A stretch of 64,000 nt of DNA from a virus, in IMG/VR virus record IMGVR_UViG_3300021479_000013, positions 1-64,000 of that record, one strand, 5' to 3'. Positions 9,971 through 18,395 of the stretch are shown piece after piece. Positions within the stretch are counted from its first letter, which is position 1; every line of letters begins with the position of its first letter. The notes under the pieces are model-generated. The model was not told the origin of the DNA. It ran no database searches and saw only the letters and a program-made list of their open reading frames with translations. The position numbers and the translations under genes were made by a program.

Positions 9971-10947
9971 ACGCCACCTCGGTGCCAGTCGATTGTATTT
10001 TTTAATCCTTCTTCCAGGCCCACAAAATGCGTCTTCTTAAACTCTTTCATGACCCGCCAAACATCCATCACGACATTGCCCGAAGCGCCGGACAGTTGAT
10101 TCTGCCCTGGAGCAAGCTTGGAGTCTGACATATAAGCAATCTCGGAAGCGATAAAATCTATTGTGTAAGTGTTTGGAGAGCCGACGTTGTACACGGGCTG
10201 TGTGCCATGCAGTAGGATATTCCACATCATCTCGATGGCGTCTCGTATATAGCAGAACGTGCGGTACTCACTGCCTGAGAATTTCATCTGTATCAGGCCC
10301 TCTCTTAAAGACTGATCGATAAACGAACTGATCGCCCTGGAGTCGCCTCGCCGCGCACCAGGTCCGTATACGAGAGATAGTCTAGCAGACCGTGCGTCGA
10401 CTCCCGATTCACGGAACGCGTTTACGATTGCCTCCCCGCACATCTTACCTTGGATATATCCCGCTCTGCGGTGGTACGGGCTTGTGGTTCCGATCTGAGA
10501 TTCGTCGGCGGTGCTCAGTCCGCTGTAAACTTCGGAAGAGCTGGCGAAGAGAAACTTTCCTCCAGGTTTCAAAGTGCTTAAGAGCTTGGCCGTCATCGCG
10601 GTATTGATTCGAATCGTCTCAAGCTGATTGACGGTAAATTTCGAAGGCTGCGCGTACCCGGCTAGGTGTAAAACCACGTCGGCGGGCGCGAATGGCTCGT
10701 CTATTAAAACAATCCGTCCGTGGCGCGCGATCTCTTTGGTGTAGTCTTCTGGGTCTGAGTGACAGACTCCGAAGACCTTCATATCGTAGCCCATGTTATT
10801 CAAAATAGACAGGCACGTTAAGACGTGCGTCCCGATCAGACCTGTTGCGCCTGTCACCAGAACGGTTTTGCCTTTCAGCCAATCGAAGTCGACCCTCTTC
10901 AATACCTCGGTCGCGTCTGACCATATGATGTCTAGCCTATTTCTCAC
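9967..10947 (-). CDS. NAD-dependent sugar epimerase/dehydratase/reductase (extended SDR)
   Basis: VTGATGLIG, SSSEVY, YIQGK (YxxxK), RTFCYIRD. Confidence 0.9.
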   Translation of the reverse strand: MRNRLDIIWSDATEVLKRVDFDWLKGKTVLVTGATGLIGTHVLTCLSILNNMGYDMKVFGVCHSDPEDYTKEIARHGRIVLIDEPFAPADVVLHLAGYAQPSKFTVNQLETIRINTAMTAKLLSTLKPGGKFLFASSSEVYSGLSTADESQIGTTSPYHRRAGYIQGKMCGEAIVNAFRESGVDARSARLSLVYGPGARRGDSRAISSFIDQSLREGLIQMKFSGSEYRTFCYIRDAIEMMWNILLHGTQPVYNVGSPNTYTIDFIASEIAYMSDSKLAPGQNQLSGASGNVVMDVWRVMKEFKKTHFVGLEEGLKNTIDWHRGGV

Positions 10948-11476
10948 TATAGTAATCTCCAAACTCAACGCACATAGTAGCACATCCGTCCGTTCTTGTC
11001 AAGGCCTTTTCGTAGGCCGGGAAGACGTCTTCTGGTTCGTCTAGACGGATGACTTCGACGGTGGTAAGCATGAGTTTAAATGCATCTGTGTAATCGTTGA
11101 CGTGCTGGTGAGAAGGGTGCAGCGGGCGTTCGGAGCCGATACCGGTGCGTATGATGACCTTGGGCTGATAACCGCCCTGGCTCATCGCTGAGAGCTTATC
11201 TAGATGCCCCACAAGCTGGTTAACGGCCAGGAGGAGGAAATTCCATCTAGGAAAAATTGTTACGGGCACGAAACCACCCAGTGCCAGTCCAATAGACGCC
11301 CCCATTTGTAACTCTTCTGCGACGGGGAATTCCGTGAGTTTATCTTTAGATACGTTAACGAGGGTCCCAGACATCGCAGTTCCCGGGAACCCGACGGCTT
11401 GTCCCAGAAAAATCGTACGCGGGTCGGCAGCCAAATAAGCCATCGCTCTGGTTAGTTCTTGTTGGTATTTTCCCAT
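10937..11476 (-). CDS. TPP-dependent enzyme, E1-beta/transketolase pyrimidine-binding domain only
   Basis: FLGQAV, EFPVAEELQMG, NQLVGHLDK; no C-terminal domain. Confidence 0.85.
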   Translation of the reverse strand: MGKYQQELTRAMAYLAADPRTIFLGQAVGFPGTAMSGTLVNVSKDKLTEFPVAEELQMGASIGLALGGFVPVTIFPRWNFLLLAVNQLVGHLDKLSAMSQGGYQPKVIIRTGIGSERPLHPSHQHVNDYTDAFKLMLTTVEVIRLDEPEDVFPAYEKALTRTDGCATMCVEFGDYYSEK

Positions 11477-12105
11477 CAGAAGTTTACTCTTTTCCCTGCC
11501 CCAGCGTGGGGCCACTTCTCGGCTTTGTACCTGAAGTGCGTTACTTTGTCTGAGAATGTTGCCTTGTGTTCTGCATCTGTTGTAAACTCGTCACCGAATT
11601 CATTCTTCAATCCCCACGCCTTGCGAGTGTCTGTGCATACAGAAAGATTATTGTCCTCGACATGAAAAAATACGGGTAGGTCAAAATTTTCTACATACTT
11701 AATGCTTTCGTAAGCTATCCCAGTTTCAGATGTCATGTCGCCTAGAAAAATGTGTACGCTCTCATTACCAAATCTGCGTTTGATAGCCATACCAAGTCCT
11801 ACACCAATGGGTAAAACACCACCAATGATGGCACTAGATAAAATGCGATACTCAGGAAAGCTGAGAGCAATTGAGTATCCAGCCATAATCTTGGCTTTCA
11901 ACTCTGCCGGGGGTACACCTTTTAAAAGGCAGGGGTAATGGCTTCTCCACGAGCAGAGCACCCAATCTTGGGGGCTTATACCTTTGAAGATTTCGATTAG
12001 TTCCTTCTCCCCGCCGCTGTACAAATGGACCGGGGCCTTGATCTTCCCAGCGTTGAACTCGGCTGCGATATCATCTTCGAACGCGATTAATTCTTCCGCA
12101 ATCAT
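11476..12105 (-). CDS. TPP-dependent enzyme, truncated E1-alpha subunit
   Basis: HLYSGGE, WRSHY, SAIIGG, and GDM...EDNN TPP-binding motif. Confidence 0.88.
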   Translation of the reverse strand: MIAEELIAFEDDIAAEFNAGKIKAPVHLYSGGEKELIEIFKGISPQDWVLCSWRSHYPCLLKGVPPAELKAKIMAGYSIALSFPEYRILSSAIIGGVLPIGVGLGMAIKRRFGNESVHIFLGDMTSETGIAYESIKYVENFDLPVFFHVEDNNLSVCTDTRKAWGLKNEFGDEFTTDAEHKATFSDKVTHFRYKAEKWPHAGAGKRVNF

Positions 12106-12106
12106 A

Positions 12107-12901
12107 TTATCTCCAGAGGTCCGGGTGCAGCAGGTGAATCAGTCTTACCAGTCCGCTGTGGGCTTTCGTGGCCTGGGTTATCATAGAAACGGGCTTCACT
12201 CGGTAGTGGAACAAGGGCTCGTTTACCACCCCAACGGTCCAACCACGCTTCAAAATGTCCAGCCACATGTTCCAATCCTCGTAGCCCAAAATCTTTGTGC
12301 TGCCAGCGACGTCTATGAATATAGTCTCGTAGCCGGGGGTCTGCTCAAATGCCGTCCTACGAATCAAAGAGCATACGGGAAGGTCATTGCTGACCATCTC
12401 GCTCGCTAGGGACAGCCCCTTCGGCGGGATGCGGTTGTGCAGCAGTCCCTCGTACTGCATATCCGTCGACACAATTCCGATGCCCTGGTTAACCATCAAC
12501 GGGACGGTGCGTTCCAGATAGTTGGGCTCGATCCAGTCGTCCGAGTCGAGAGGCAGGATAAACTCGCCGTCGCCTGCTCGTATGCCTTCGTTCCTAGATG
12601 TTGAAAGTCCTCGGTTCTCCCGGTCAATAATCTTCAACCTTCCGTTAAAGTTCCAGCACCCAGGGACAGGCTCCATCATCTCGGCTTCCGCGTAACGCTT
12701 GACCATCAGCTCCCGCATCTCTCTGTTCCATCGGTCGACCATCTCGCGCACGACCACCATAGAGTGGTCCGTGGAGCCGTCGTTGACCACGGTTATGTCG
12801 AAGTCCGGGTAAGTCTGCGCCATCGCAGAATTTAAGCACTGCTCGATAAACTCTTCCTGATTGAAGAGCGGTATTACGATATTCACTTTTCCGACTTTCA
12901 T
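12107..12901 (-). CDS. Glycosyltransferase family 2
   Basis: VIPLFNQE, VNDGSTD, NRGLSTSRN, LDSDD, EDWNMW. Confidence 0.92.
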   Translation of the reverse strand: MKVGKVNIVIPLFNQEEFIEQCLNSAMAQTYPDFDITVVNDGSTDHSMVVVREMVDRWNREMRELMVKRYAEAEMMEPVPGCWNFNGRLKIIDRENRGLSTSRNEGIRAGDGEFILPLDSDDWIEPNYLERTVPLMVNQGIGIVSTDMQYEGLLHNRIPPKGLSLASEMVSNDLPVCSLIRRTAFEQTPGYETIFIDVAGSTKILGYEDWNMWLDILKRGWTVGVVNEPLFHYRVKPVSMITQATKAHSGLVRLIHLLHPDLWR

Positions 12902-13617
12902 ATTCTCACCCACGCCTCTGGTACGATTCCCGAGCTATCCAACTCTTGCGTTACAAACCACTGCTTCGGAGCGACAACCAACTTCTGCGGTCCCAGATAA
13001 GCTCCCCACCAGCTATAGCTGCTGTTGGCAATCACGTGGTATTCGCACCTGGACATTGTGTTTAAATCCTCGTACTTGTTGTCGCCTTCCGCGATCTCGA
13101 AGTCCGGGAAGTTTTGCTTGCACCAATTTCGATCATCTGAGAATACCAGAACAGGCACAAGAGAGCCCACCTCTCTACGGATGTGCGCGATTGCCAGGCG
13201 GTAATAATCAAGTCCAGGCATCCCGTGAAAGTGCTCCAGTCCCACGTAGTCTTGGCGACGGACATGGGCCGCGATATAAGTCAACCTAGAGCTTACCGGG
13301 AACTTGAAGGCCTCTCGAATCTTGTATGAGATTCCTTCTAGATATTTGGGAGATTGCCAATAACCGACCAGAGTAGAAGGGTCTTCGGGGGATAGATAAG
13401 TAGGATTATAGGTTAGGCCGTTTTCGTAGACTTCTTTACCTACAGACTTTCCCTCGGCTTTAATTCCGAAGTATCCAAGAGAAAACTCCCGGTGTGTTCC
13501 TTCTATCAGATAAGACCTATCCAGTTGGACCTGATATCCTCTGTGCTGCAAGGACATAGCGAACGCCGACTGCCAGAGCTGATTTCCGAGGCCTCCAAGT
13601 AGTCGTACCGTAATCAT
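12898..13617 (-). CDS. Alpha-1,2-fucosyltransferase family (GT11)
   Basis: GGLGNQLW, GYWQS, HVRRQDY, FSDD, NSSYSWWGAYL. Confidence 0.93.
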   Translation of the reverse strand: MITVRLLGGLGNQLWQSAFAMSLQHRGYQVQLDRSYLIEGTHREFSLGYFGIKAEGKSVGKEVYENGLTYNPTYLSPEDPSTLVGYWQSPKYLEGISYKIREAFKFPVSSRLTYIAAHVRRQDYVGLEHFHGMPGLDYYRLAIAHIRREVGSLVPVLVFSDDRNWCKQNFPDFEIAEGDNKYEDLNTMSRCEYHVIANSSYSWWGAYLGPQKLVVAPKQWFVTQELDSSGIVPEAWVRI

Positions 13618-14309
13618 CGCTTCCCCTTGTCTAGTGCCAGAATCTTCGGCGTGACGTTCAGCCCCGCAGCCTTCCACTTGTTGGTATAATATTCGGATGC
13701 GTTTTCGGGGTAGCAGTAAGAGGGGTCAAGAACCGTACAAGGCGGGTGCTCGTGAAGATAGCGATTCAAGTGCGACTCGTCGTGCCATACTGCGAGCACG
13801 CCGCAAGATTCGTCCACACTGATGTGATAGGCTAGATCGGTAGCCATTCTCAAAAATGTCGAAGTTGCGCCGCCGTTGAATCCTCCACAAAAGTATTTAT
13901 TTACAGAGCCCGGGGTAATAGAGGCCGCTGAGTGTATTCTTCGTTCCGGAGTCCCGCAAGAGCCAACATAGCCTGGGTGTAGGGTGGCGGTTATGCCGTT
14001 GGAGAAGATTTCTTCTCCGACTGGGGCGACGAAGCGCATGTCGGAGTCGATGTAAAAAACTTGGTCGTACTTTTTCAATTGCCAATCTTGCTGCAGAATT
14101 GTGTGGTACCTGTATAGAGTTTCTTTAGGGAAGCCGAGAGCTTCCTTGATTAGTACAAATTTCGCATCGAAGGTGCTGGCCGCTTCCAGAGTATCCGTCC
14201 ACACAATCGCATCGTGTTCAACGAAAAATTCTTGAGCAGACTCCAAAAGCTGGGGAACGAACGCATGGTACTTTTCTCCTGTGGCGATAATTAAAAGCGC
14301 GGTCTTCAC
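13614..14309 (-). CDS. GT6 family alpha-1,3-Gal/GalNAc transferase (ABO-like)
   Basis: IATGEKY, DSD, LHPGY, GGFNGG, AVWHDESHLNRY. Confidence 0.9.
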   Translation of the reverse strand: MKTALLIIATGEKYHAFVPQLLESAQEFFVEHDAIVWTDTLEAASTFDAKFVLIKEALGFPKETLYRYHTILQQDWQLKKYDQVFYIDSDMRFVAPVGEEIFSNGITATLHPGYVGSCGTPERRIHSAASITPGSVNKYFCGGFNGGATSTFLRMATDLAYHISVDESCGVLAVWHDESHLNRYLHEHPPCTVLDPSYCYPENASEYYTNKWKAAGLNVTPKILALDKGKR

Positions 14310-14995
14310 GAGTTCACCGTCTTGTTAACCAGGTGAGCCGTTTCCATCCACTTGTACTCAAGTTTGTAGCCCGACTTGTACTTCGAGGACGGGAAGTGCT
14401 GAGAGTAGCTGCCCGCTGGCAGGTCGAGAGCGATCATATCGCCCTTACGCAGTTCCTGTCCAAGGACGGACCCGACCCAGAGGTCTTCTGCCCAACCTTG
14501 TGGGAACGTGTCCGCTATCAGCGCGACCGCGTTCCGAGATAGAAAGTACCCGTACCCGCCTGACGCCCACGGGTGACATTCCTGGATGCTGGTGACCAGC
14601 CCTTCCCGGCTAACCGCGTCGTAAGGAAAGGTCTCGCCTATCGGGCGGCTGATCTTGCCGACGTAGTCGTACCGCTGGTAGCCACAGGTCAGAAGCCTGC
14701 TCACGTTCACGTACGTGTCGGTGTCGCACAGGAAAACGTTATCGATATTCTTCCCGTAAGCCCACTGGCATATCGCCCTGGTCTTGGAAGGCAGGGAGTT
14801 GTAATCGTCCGCCGTATCGACCGCGACCTCGTCAGACTTGTAAACTCGGCTAGTCCGTCCGTCTCGCTCCGCGCCGACGAAGAATTTCAGGTGCGCCTTG
14901 CCCTTAAGTTCCTGGCCCCAGGTCGCGCGAATCACATCGTGGAAGCCGCGATCTAAGTCGGCCTTACAGCTTTTCACCGCTACGAGTAAGCTCAT
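14306..14995 (-). CDS. GT31-like (beta-1,3-galactosyltransferase/fringe-like) glycosyltransferase
   Basis: DDYNSLPSKT, CDTDTYV, SGGYGYFLS, AEDLWVG. Confidence 0.8.
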   Translation of the reverse strand: MSLLVAVKSCKADLDRGFHDVIRATWGQELKGKAHLKFFVGAERDGRTSRVYKSDEVAVDTADDYNSLPSKTRAICQWAYGKNIDNVFLCDTDTYVNVSRLLTCGYQRYDYVGKISRPIGETFPYDAVSREGLVTSIQECHPWASGGYGYFLSRNAVALIADTFPQGWAEDLWVGSVLGQELRKGDMIALDLPAGSYSQHFPSSKYKSGYKLEYKWMETAHLVNKTVNS

Positions 14996-15735
14996 TTTAC
15001 CTCTTCGTCGAATCCGTAATATTTCTTGATACCACGCTTCTTCATCATCAGCGCGTGCCCTGTTGTGAGAGCACGGCGGCGGAATGCTTTATATCTCGGG
15101 TCCTGCTTGCTCGCATCGTACTCCATTTGATTGACGTTAACGTTCGGCAGAAACATGACAACCACACCAGCTTCCTTCAAGTCAAGAAAGAAATCCACGT
15201 GTTCGCCGCCAACAGGCCTGATTGCCTCATCCCAAGGAAACGCCCGCAGAACGTAAGTACGAGCGAGAAAATAGTTGGCCGCTATATCTACTCGGACTAA
15301 ACTGCCATGTTGCATCTCCACGCGGTGTTCCTTAATATACTCGCCTGGTACGTATTCAAGGGTCCCTTCGTAAGGCCTGTCGTTGACCCGACCGGCTACT
15401 ACATCGATCTCGTATCCTATGTTTATCTCTGACGCTCCCAGAGCCTTCCTCATCTTGATAATTCCTTCCCTCGCTTCATCGGTTGAGAAGTCGAAATCAT
15501 CGCTGCCTATCAGCGTGTACCGCGTTTGAACTTGCGCGACACCCGCGTTACGCTTTGCTGTCAATCCCGAATCATAGGGCAGGTAAATCTCGTTCGCCGT
15601 TTGAGGAATCACGCCGTCATCCGACACAACTACAACGTCGCACTCGGGTAGGTTCTCCCTAATGCCCGCGAGACAGTCAAACAGATAGCCTCTGCGGTGG
15701 AACGTTGGGATGACAATTGTAATATCACTAAGCAC
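14992..15735 (-). CDS. Glycosyltransferase family 2
   Basis: IVIPTFHR, SDDG, GLTAKRN, SDDFDF, GEHVDFF. Confidence 0.85.
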   Translation of the reverse strand: MLSDITIVIPTFHRRGYLFDCLAGIRENLPECDVVVVSDDGVIPQTANEIYLPYDSGLTAKRNAGVAQVQTRYTLIGSDDFDFSTDEAREGIIKMRKALGASEINIGYEIDVVAGRVNDRPYEGTLEYVPGEYIKEHRVEMQHGSLVRVDIAANYFLARTYVLRAFPWDEAIRPVGGEHVDFFLDLKEAGVVVMFLPNVNVNQMEYDASKQDPRYKAFRRRALTTGHALMMKKRGIKKYYGFDEEVK

Positions 15736-15913
15736 GCTTCACCGTGATATCGTATTCGTTAGGGGTGTAATTAAACATCTGAAAATTGTAGCAGTCCCTG
15801 GGATTGTGGCGGATTTCCAGAAATTGCTCGACGCCGTCTGCCATGATGTCGCTGTACTCTTTAATCATGTCCGAGACGTGGAGGTCCTGGACTTTTTGGA
15901 ATTCCCAGTTCAT
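15728..15913 (-). CDS. Hypothetical protein
   Basis: ATGA overlap; MNWEFQKVQ... Confidence 0.6.
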   Translation of the reverse strand: MNWEFQKVQDLHVSDMIKEYSDIMADGVEQFLEIRHNPRDCYNFQMFNYTPNEYDITVKRA

Positions 15914-16458
15914 AGCAGTCCCTTGTTGATGCGCTTCGAAACGTCTGCGCGTCGACGGTATTCCCTGTCGCTCTCTTCCCGCTCTCGCCTGATATCGCGA
16001 GCCGCGAGGACTCTGCACCGTTGCAGGTTCTCTTGGAAGTCGGCAGCCTTGTCGTCCAGTGAAAATCCGAGGTAGCTGAAAATCGCCCTGGTCTTCTCGA
16101 TCAGTATCAGCTTGATTCTGGAAGGGTGCGGCTTCAGCCTTTTCTTGGCGAAGGACTGACGGCCCATTACCTGGCCGCGCGTCGCGCGCTCGTCGGGGCG
16201 CATGCACGTACGGTAGTCAGGGACCAGTTCGCCCTTGTCGTTCTCCCTAAAGTACTCGTAGTCGTGAATCGTGTACGTGAAGACCTGCTCGCACTTCTTC
16301 TCGTTCTCGCGATGGCGGGTCCCGCAGACGTAACACTTCTTCATGCGCCCCAGCTCCGGGTGTCTCTCTGAGTAAGACAAGTTTCCGATGCTGGCTAGAG
16401 CCTTGTCGACTGCGATCTGTAATTCTATCGATGCGATGAACGGGTCTTTAGTATCCAT
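15910..16458 (-). CDS. Hypothetical protein
   Basis: AAGGAG RBS; CxxC. Confidence 0.65.
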   Translation of the reverse strand: MDTKDPFIASIELQIAVDKALASIGNLSYSERHPELGRMKKCYVCGTRHRENEKKCEQVFTYTIHDYEYFRENDKGELVPDYRTCMRPDERATRGQVMGRQSFAKKRLKPHPSRIKLILIEKTRAIFSYLGFSLDDKAADFQENLQRCRVLAARDIRREREESDREYRRRADVSKRINKGLL

Positions 16459-17096
16459 TAGATGCTCCTTCCGTAATCGAAGTCTCGCCCTTCTCCGCGT
16501 GTCGCGCTGTTGTCCGGCTCCATCCTGATAGGCACGGGAGAATAAGGCGGATAGTCCGCGCTCTCGTACTCGGCCCACGCCGCGTCAAACTCTTCGTTGC
16601 TTAACCCCACTGCCAGCATGCGCAGCTGTTCTTTAACTATCAACATCCCGTACTCCTCTATTCTCATGGCAGCATCTTTGTTGCCGTTCAGATATGCGTT
16701 AGAAATGTGTTCAGACTCAATCGTAGCCACGCGCGGGGTCTTAGGGGCGAGCCACTTCCGCTTCTTCCTCTCGCTCTCGTCGACCGAGTCTGCGGAGGTG
16801 TAAACGATATCGGTGCCCGGGATGTCTTCGACGTAAGACTCTTCCTGCTTCCCCGTCCCGCCGCACTTCGCGCAGTTCTTGACCTCTGTGTCGCCCTTGC
16901 AGAGTCGGCAAGCGACGTCGCGCACGCCACGGTTGCGCTCCTTAACAATCCACTTCGCCTCGCCTCGTTTGACGATAGCGGTAGCCTCGGTGATATTGAT
17001 AATCAGTCGGCAGTTGCATTTCGGCGCTGGCGGTTCTTTCTCTTCTAAGACTACTGCCTCTTGCCCACGGCAGGAGTGTATTTTCGATACGTACAT
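16458..17096 (-). CDS. Hypothetical protein with DnaJ-type Zn-finger motifs
   Basis: CRLCKG...CAKCGGTG. Confidence 0.7.
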   Translation of the reverse strand: MYVSKIHSCRGQEAVVLEEKEPPAPKCNCRLIINITEATAIVKRGEAKWIVKERNRGVRDVACRLCKGDTEVKNCAKCGGTGKQEESYVEDIPGTDIVYTSADSVDESERKKRKWLAPKTPRVATIESEHISNAYLNGNKDAAMRIEEYGMLIVKEQLRMLAVGLSNEEFDAAWAEYESADYPPYSPVPIRMEPDNSATRGEGRDFDYGRSI

Positions 17097-17139
17097 AGGG
17101 TCTCCGATGTTGCCTCAGAAGACATAACGACGGGTGGCA

Positions 17140-17559
17140 TTAGTTCACGATATTTGGCCGTCCCGGGCCGCCCTTTCTCGGCGTGTTCGTATCCGAGCGG
17201 AGCCCCTTGGCCGCGCGGCGGATATTGCGGAGCAGAGACCGCAACGTGCCGACCTTGATGCCCAGCTCAGCCGCAGCGTGGTTGTAAGGCATTCCCATGC
17301 GGTACACGAGCATAATAGCGCGGTTCCACCTGGCAGCGGCCTGCCTCTCGCGGTAGTTCGTCTTCAATCTAGGGAACGTCGTCAGGAGCACACGGCGGAC
17401 CTCGACGTCGCTGGCTGACCACGGGGGCGTGTCCTTCTGGCCTATCAGCACGCGGACCTTTTTAATCTGGTGCGCGCTCATGAACCCGTCGTTGCCGTCC
17501 ATCCGTCCGCGCAGCCTCGTCATATCCCTCTTGCGGGTCAGTCTAATATCTCTTGCCAT
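17140..17559 (-). CDS. Sigma70 region-4-like HTH protein (putative transcription factor)
   Basis: YRMGMPYNHAAAELGIKVGTLRSLL resembles the sigma r4 HTH. Confidence 0.65.
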   Translation of the reverse strand: MARDIRLTRKRDMTRLRGRMDGNDGFMSAHQIKKVRVLIGQKDTPPWSASDVEVRRVLLTTFPRLKTNYRERQAAARWNRAIMLVYRMGMPYNHAAAELGIKVGTLRSLLRNIRRAAKGLRSDTNTPRKGGPGRPNIVN

Positions 17560-18250
17560 CGGCTTCCTCCCTCTTCCATTCCTTCCAGTTCTTTACTAAA
17601 ACAAAGTCATTTTTGCATTCAAGACAGGTCCAAGTTATGTCGCCCATCCAGACGTATTCGTGCTCGACTCGGGCGTCTTTAGAAATATCGTCCGCATAAT
17701 GCGGAGTCTTACTGCATATCTCGAACGGCACTATAAAATCTTCAAGTTCCTCGTGGTAAAACCACTTCATAGAGACGCCGTAGACTGCTAGTTCTTTTTT
17801 CTCCCTAGCTTCGTTTTCCTGATACTGGACACTAAACTTCTCTTGATTCTCATCTTTCGCTGTTTTCATCCAAGAAGGCGGGTCGATGAAGTAAATCCAC
17901 CTAGAAGGATACTGAGTAACAACCTCAACAAATTTCTTTGAGTTAAGAGGGTCTGTCTTCGAATACCTGTGGCCTTTCACTCCGGCGCTGGCTCCTTTTC
18001 CGTTCCACTCATTGAGAATCTCTAAAACTTTATCTCTAGGCATACCTTCGGGGTTATAAGGAATTCCATAAGATTCGAATAAGCACCTTTTAACGATGGA
18101 TTCCTTCTCGATAAAAGGCTTGCCTATTGGGCACTTACATTTGCTTTCGGCACCAAAGGCTATAGCTAAACCCATGTCCATATCACATCCGTGTAAGCAC
18201 TCATCGTAGTGGGTGACAACCCATATCTCTTTTATCAGTTCACTGGCCAT
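17543..18250 (-). CDS. Hypothetical protein (AT-richer)
   Basis: GGAGG RBS; 235 aa. Confidence 0.65.
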   Translation of the reverse strand: MASELIKEIWVVTHYDECLHGCDMDMGLAIAFGAESKCKCPIGKPFIEKESIVKRCLFESYGIPYNPEGMPRDKVLEILNEWNGKGASAGVKGHRYSKTDPLNSKKFVEVVTQYPSRWIYFIDPPSWMKTAKDENQEKFSVQYQENEAREKKELAVYGVSMKWFYHEELEDFIVPFEICSKTPHYADDISKDARVEHEYVWMGDITWTCLECKNDFVLVKNWKEWKREEADGKRY

Positions 18251-18395
18251 CGGCTTCCTCCAGTGTCCCGTTGTCGTTCGTTACAGGCTCTTCTTGCAGA
18301 CCGAGCTGGCGCTCTCCCAGCCCGTGACTCTTCAGCACCTCTTCCCAGTACGAACTTTGTTCGCACGTTAAATCCGGTTTCCGTATCACTTTCAT
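18240..18395 (-). CDS. Small hypothetical protein (51 aa)
   Basis: ATGA overlap; fills the gap between neighbours. Confidence 0.5.
   Translation of the reverse strand: MKVIRKPDLTCEQSSYWEEVLKSHGLGERQLGLQEEPVTNDNGTLEEADGQ

Noticed and set aside
10937-12105. Pyruvate dehydrogenase as a central-metabolism auxiliary gene
   Set aside because: Both subunits are truncated, E2 and E3 are absent, and the pair is embedded in a sugar-nucleotide operon.
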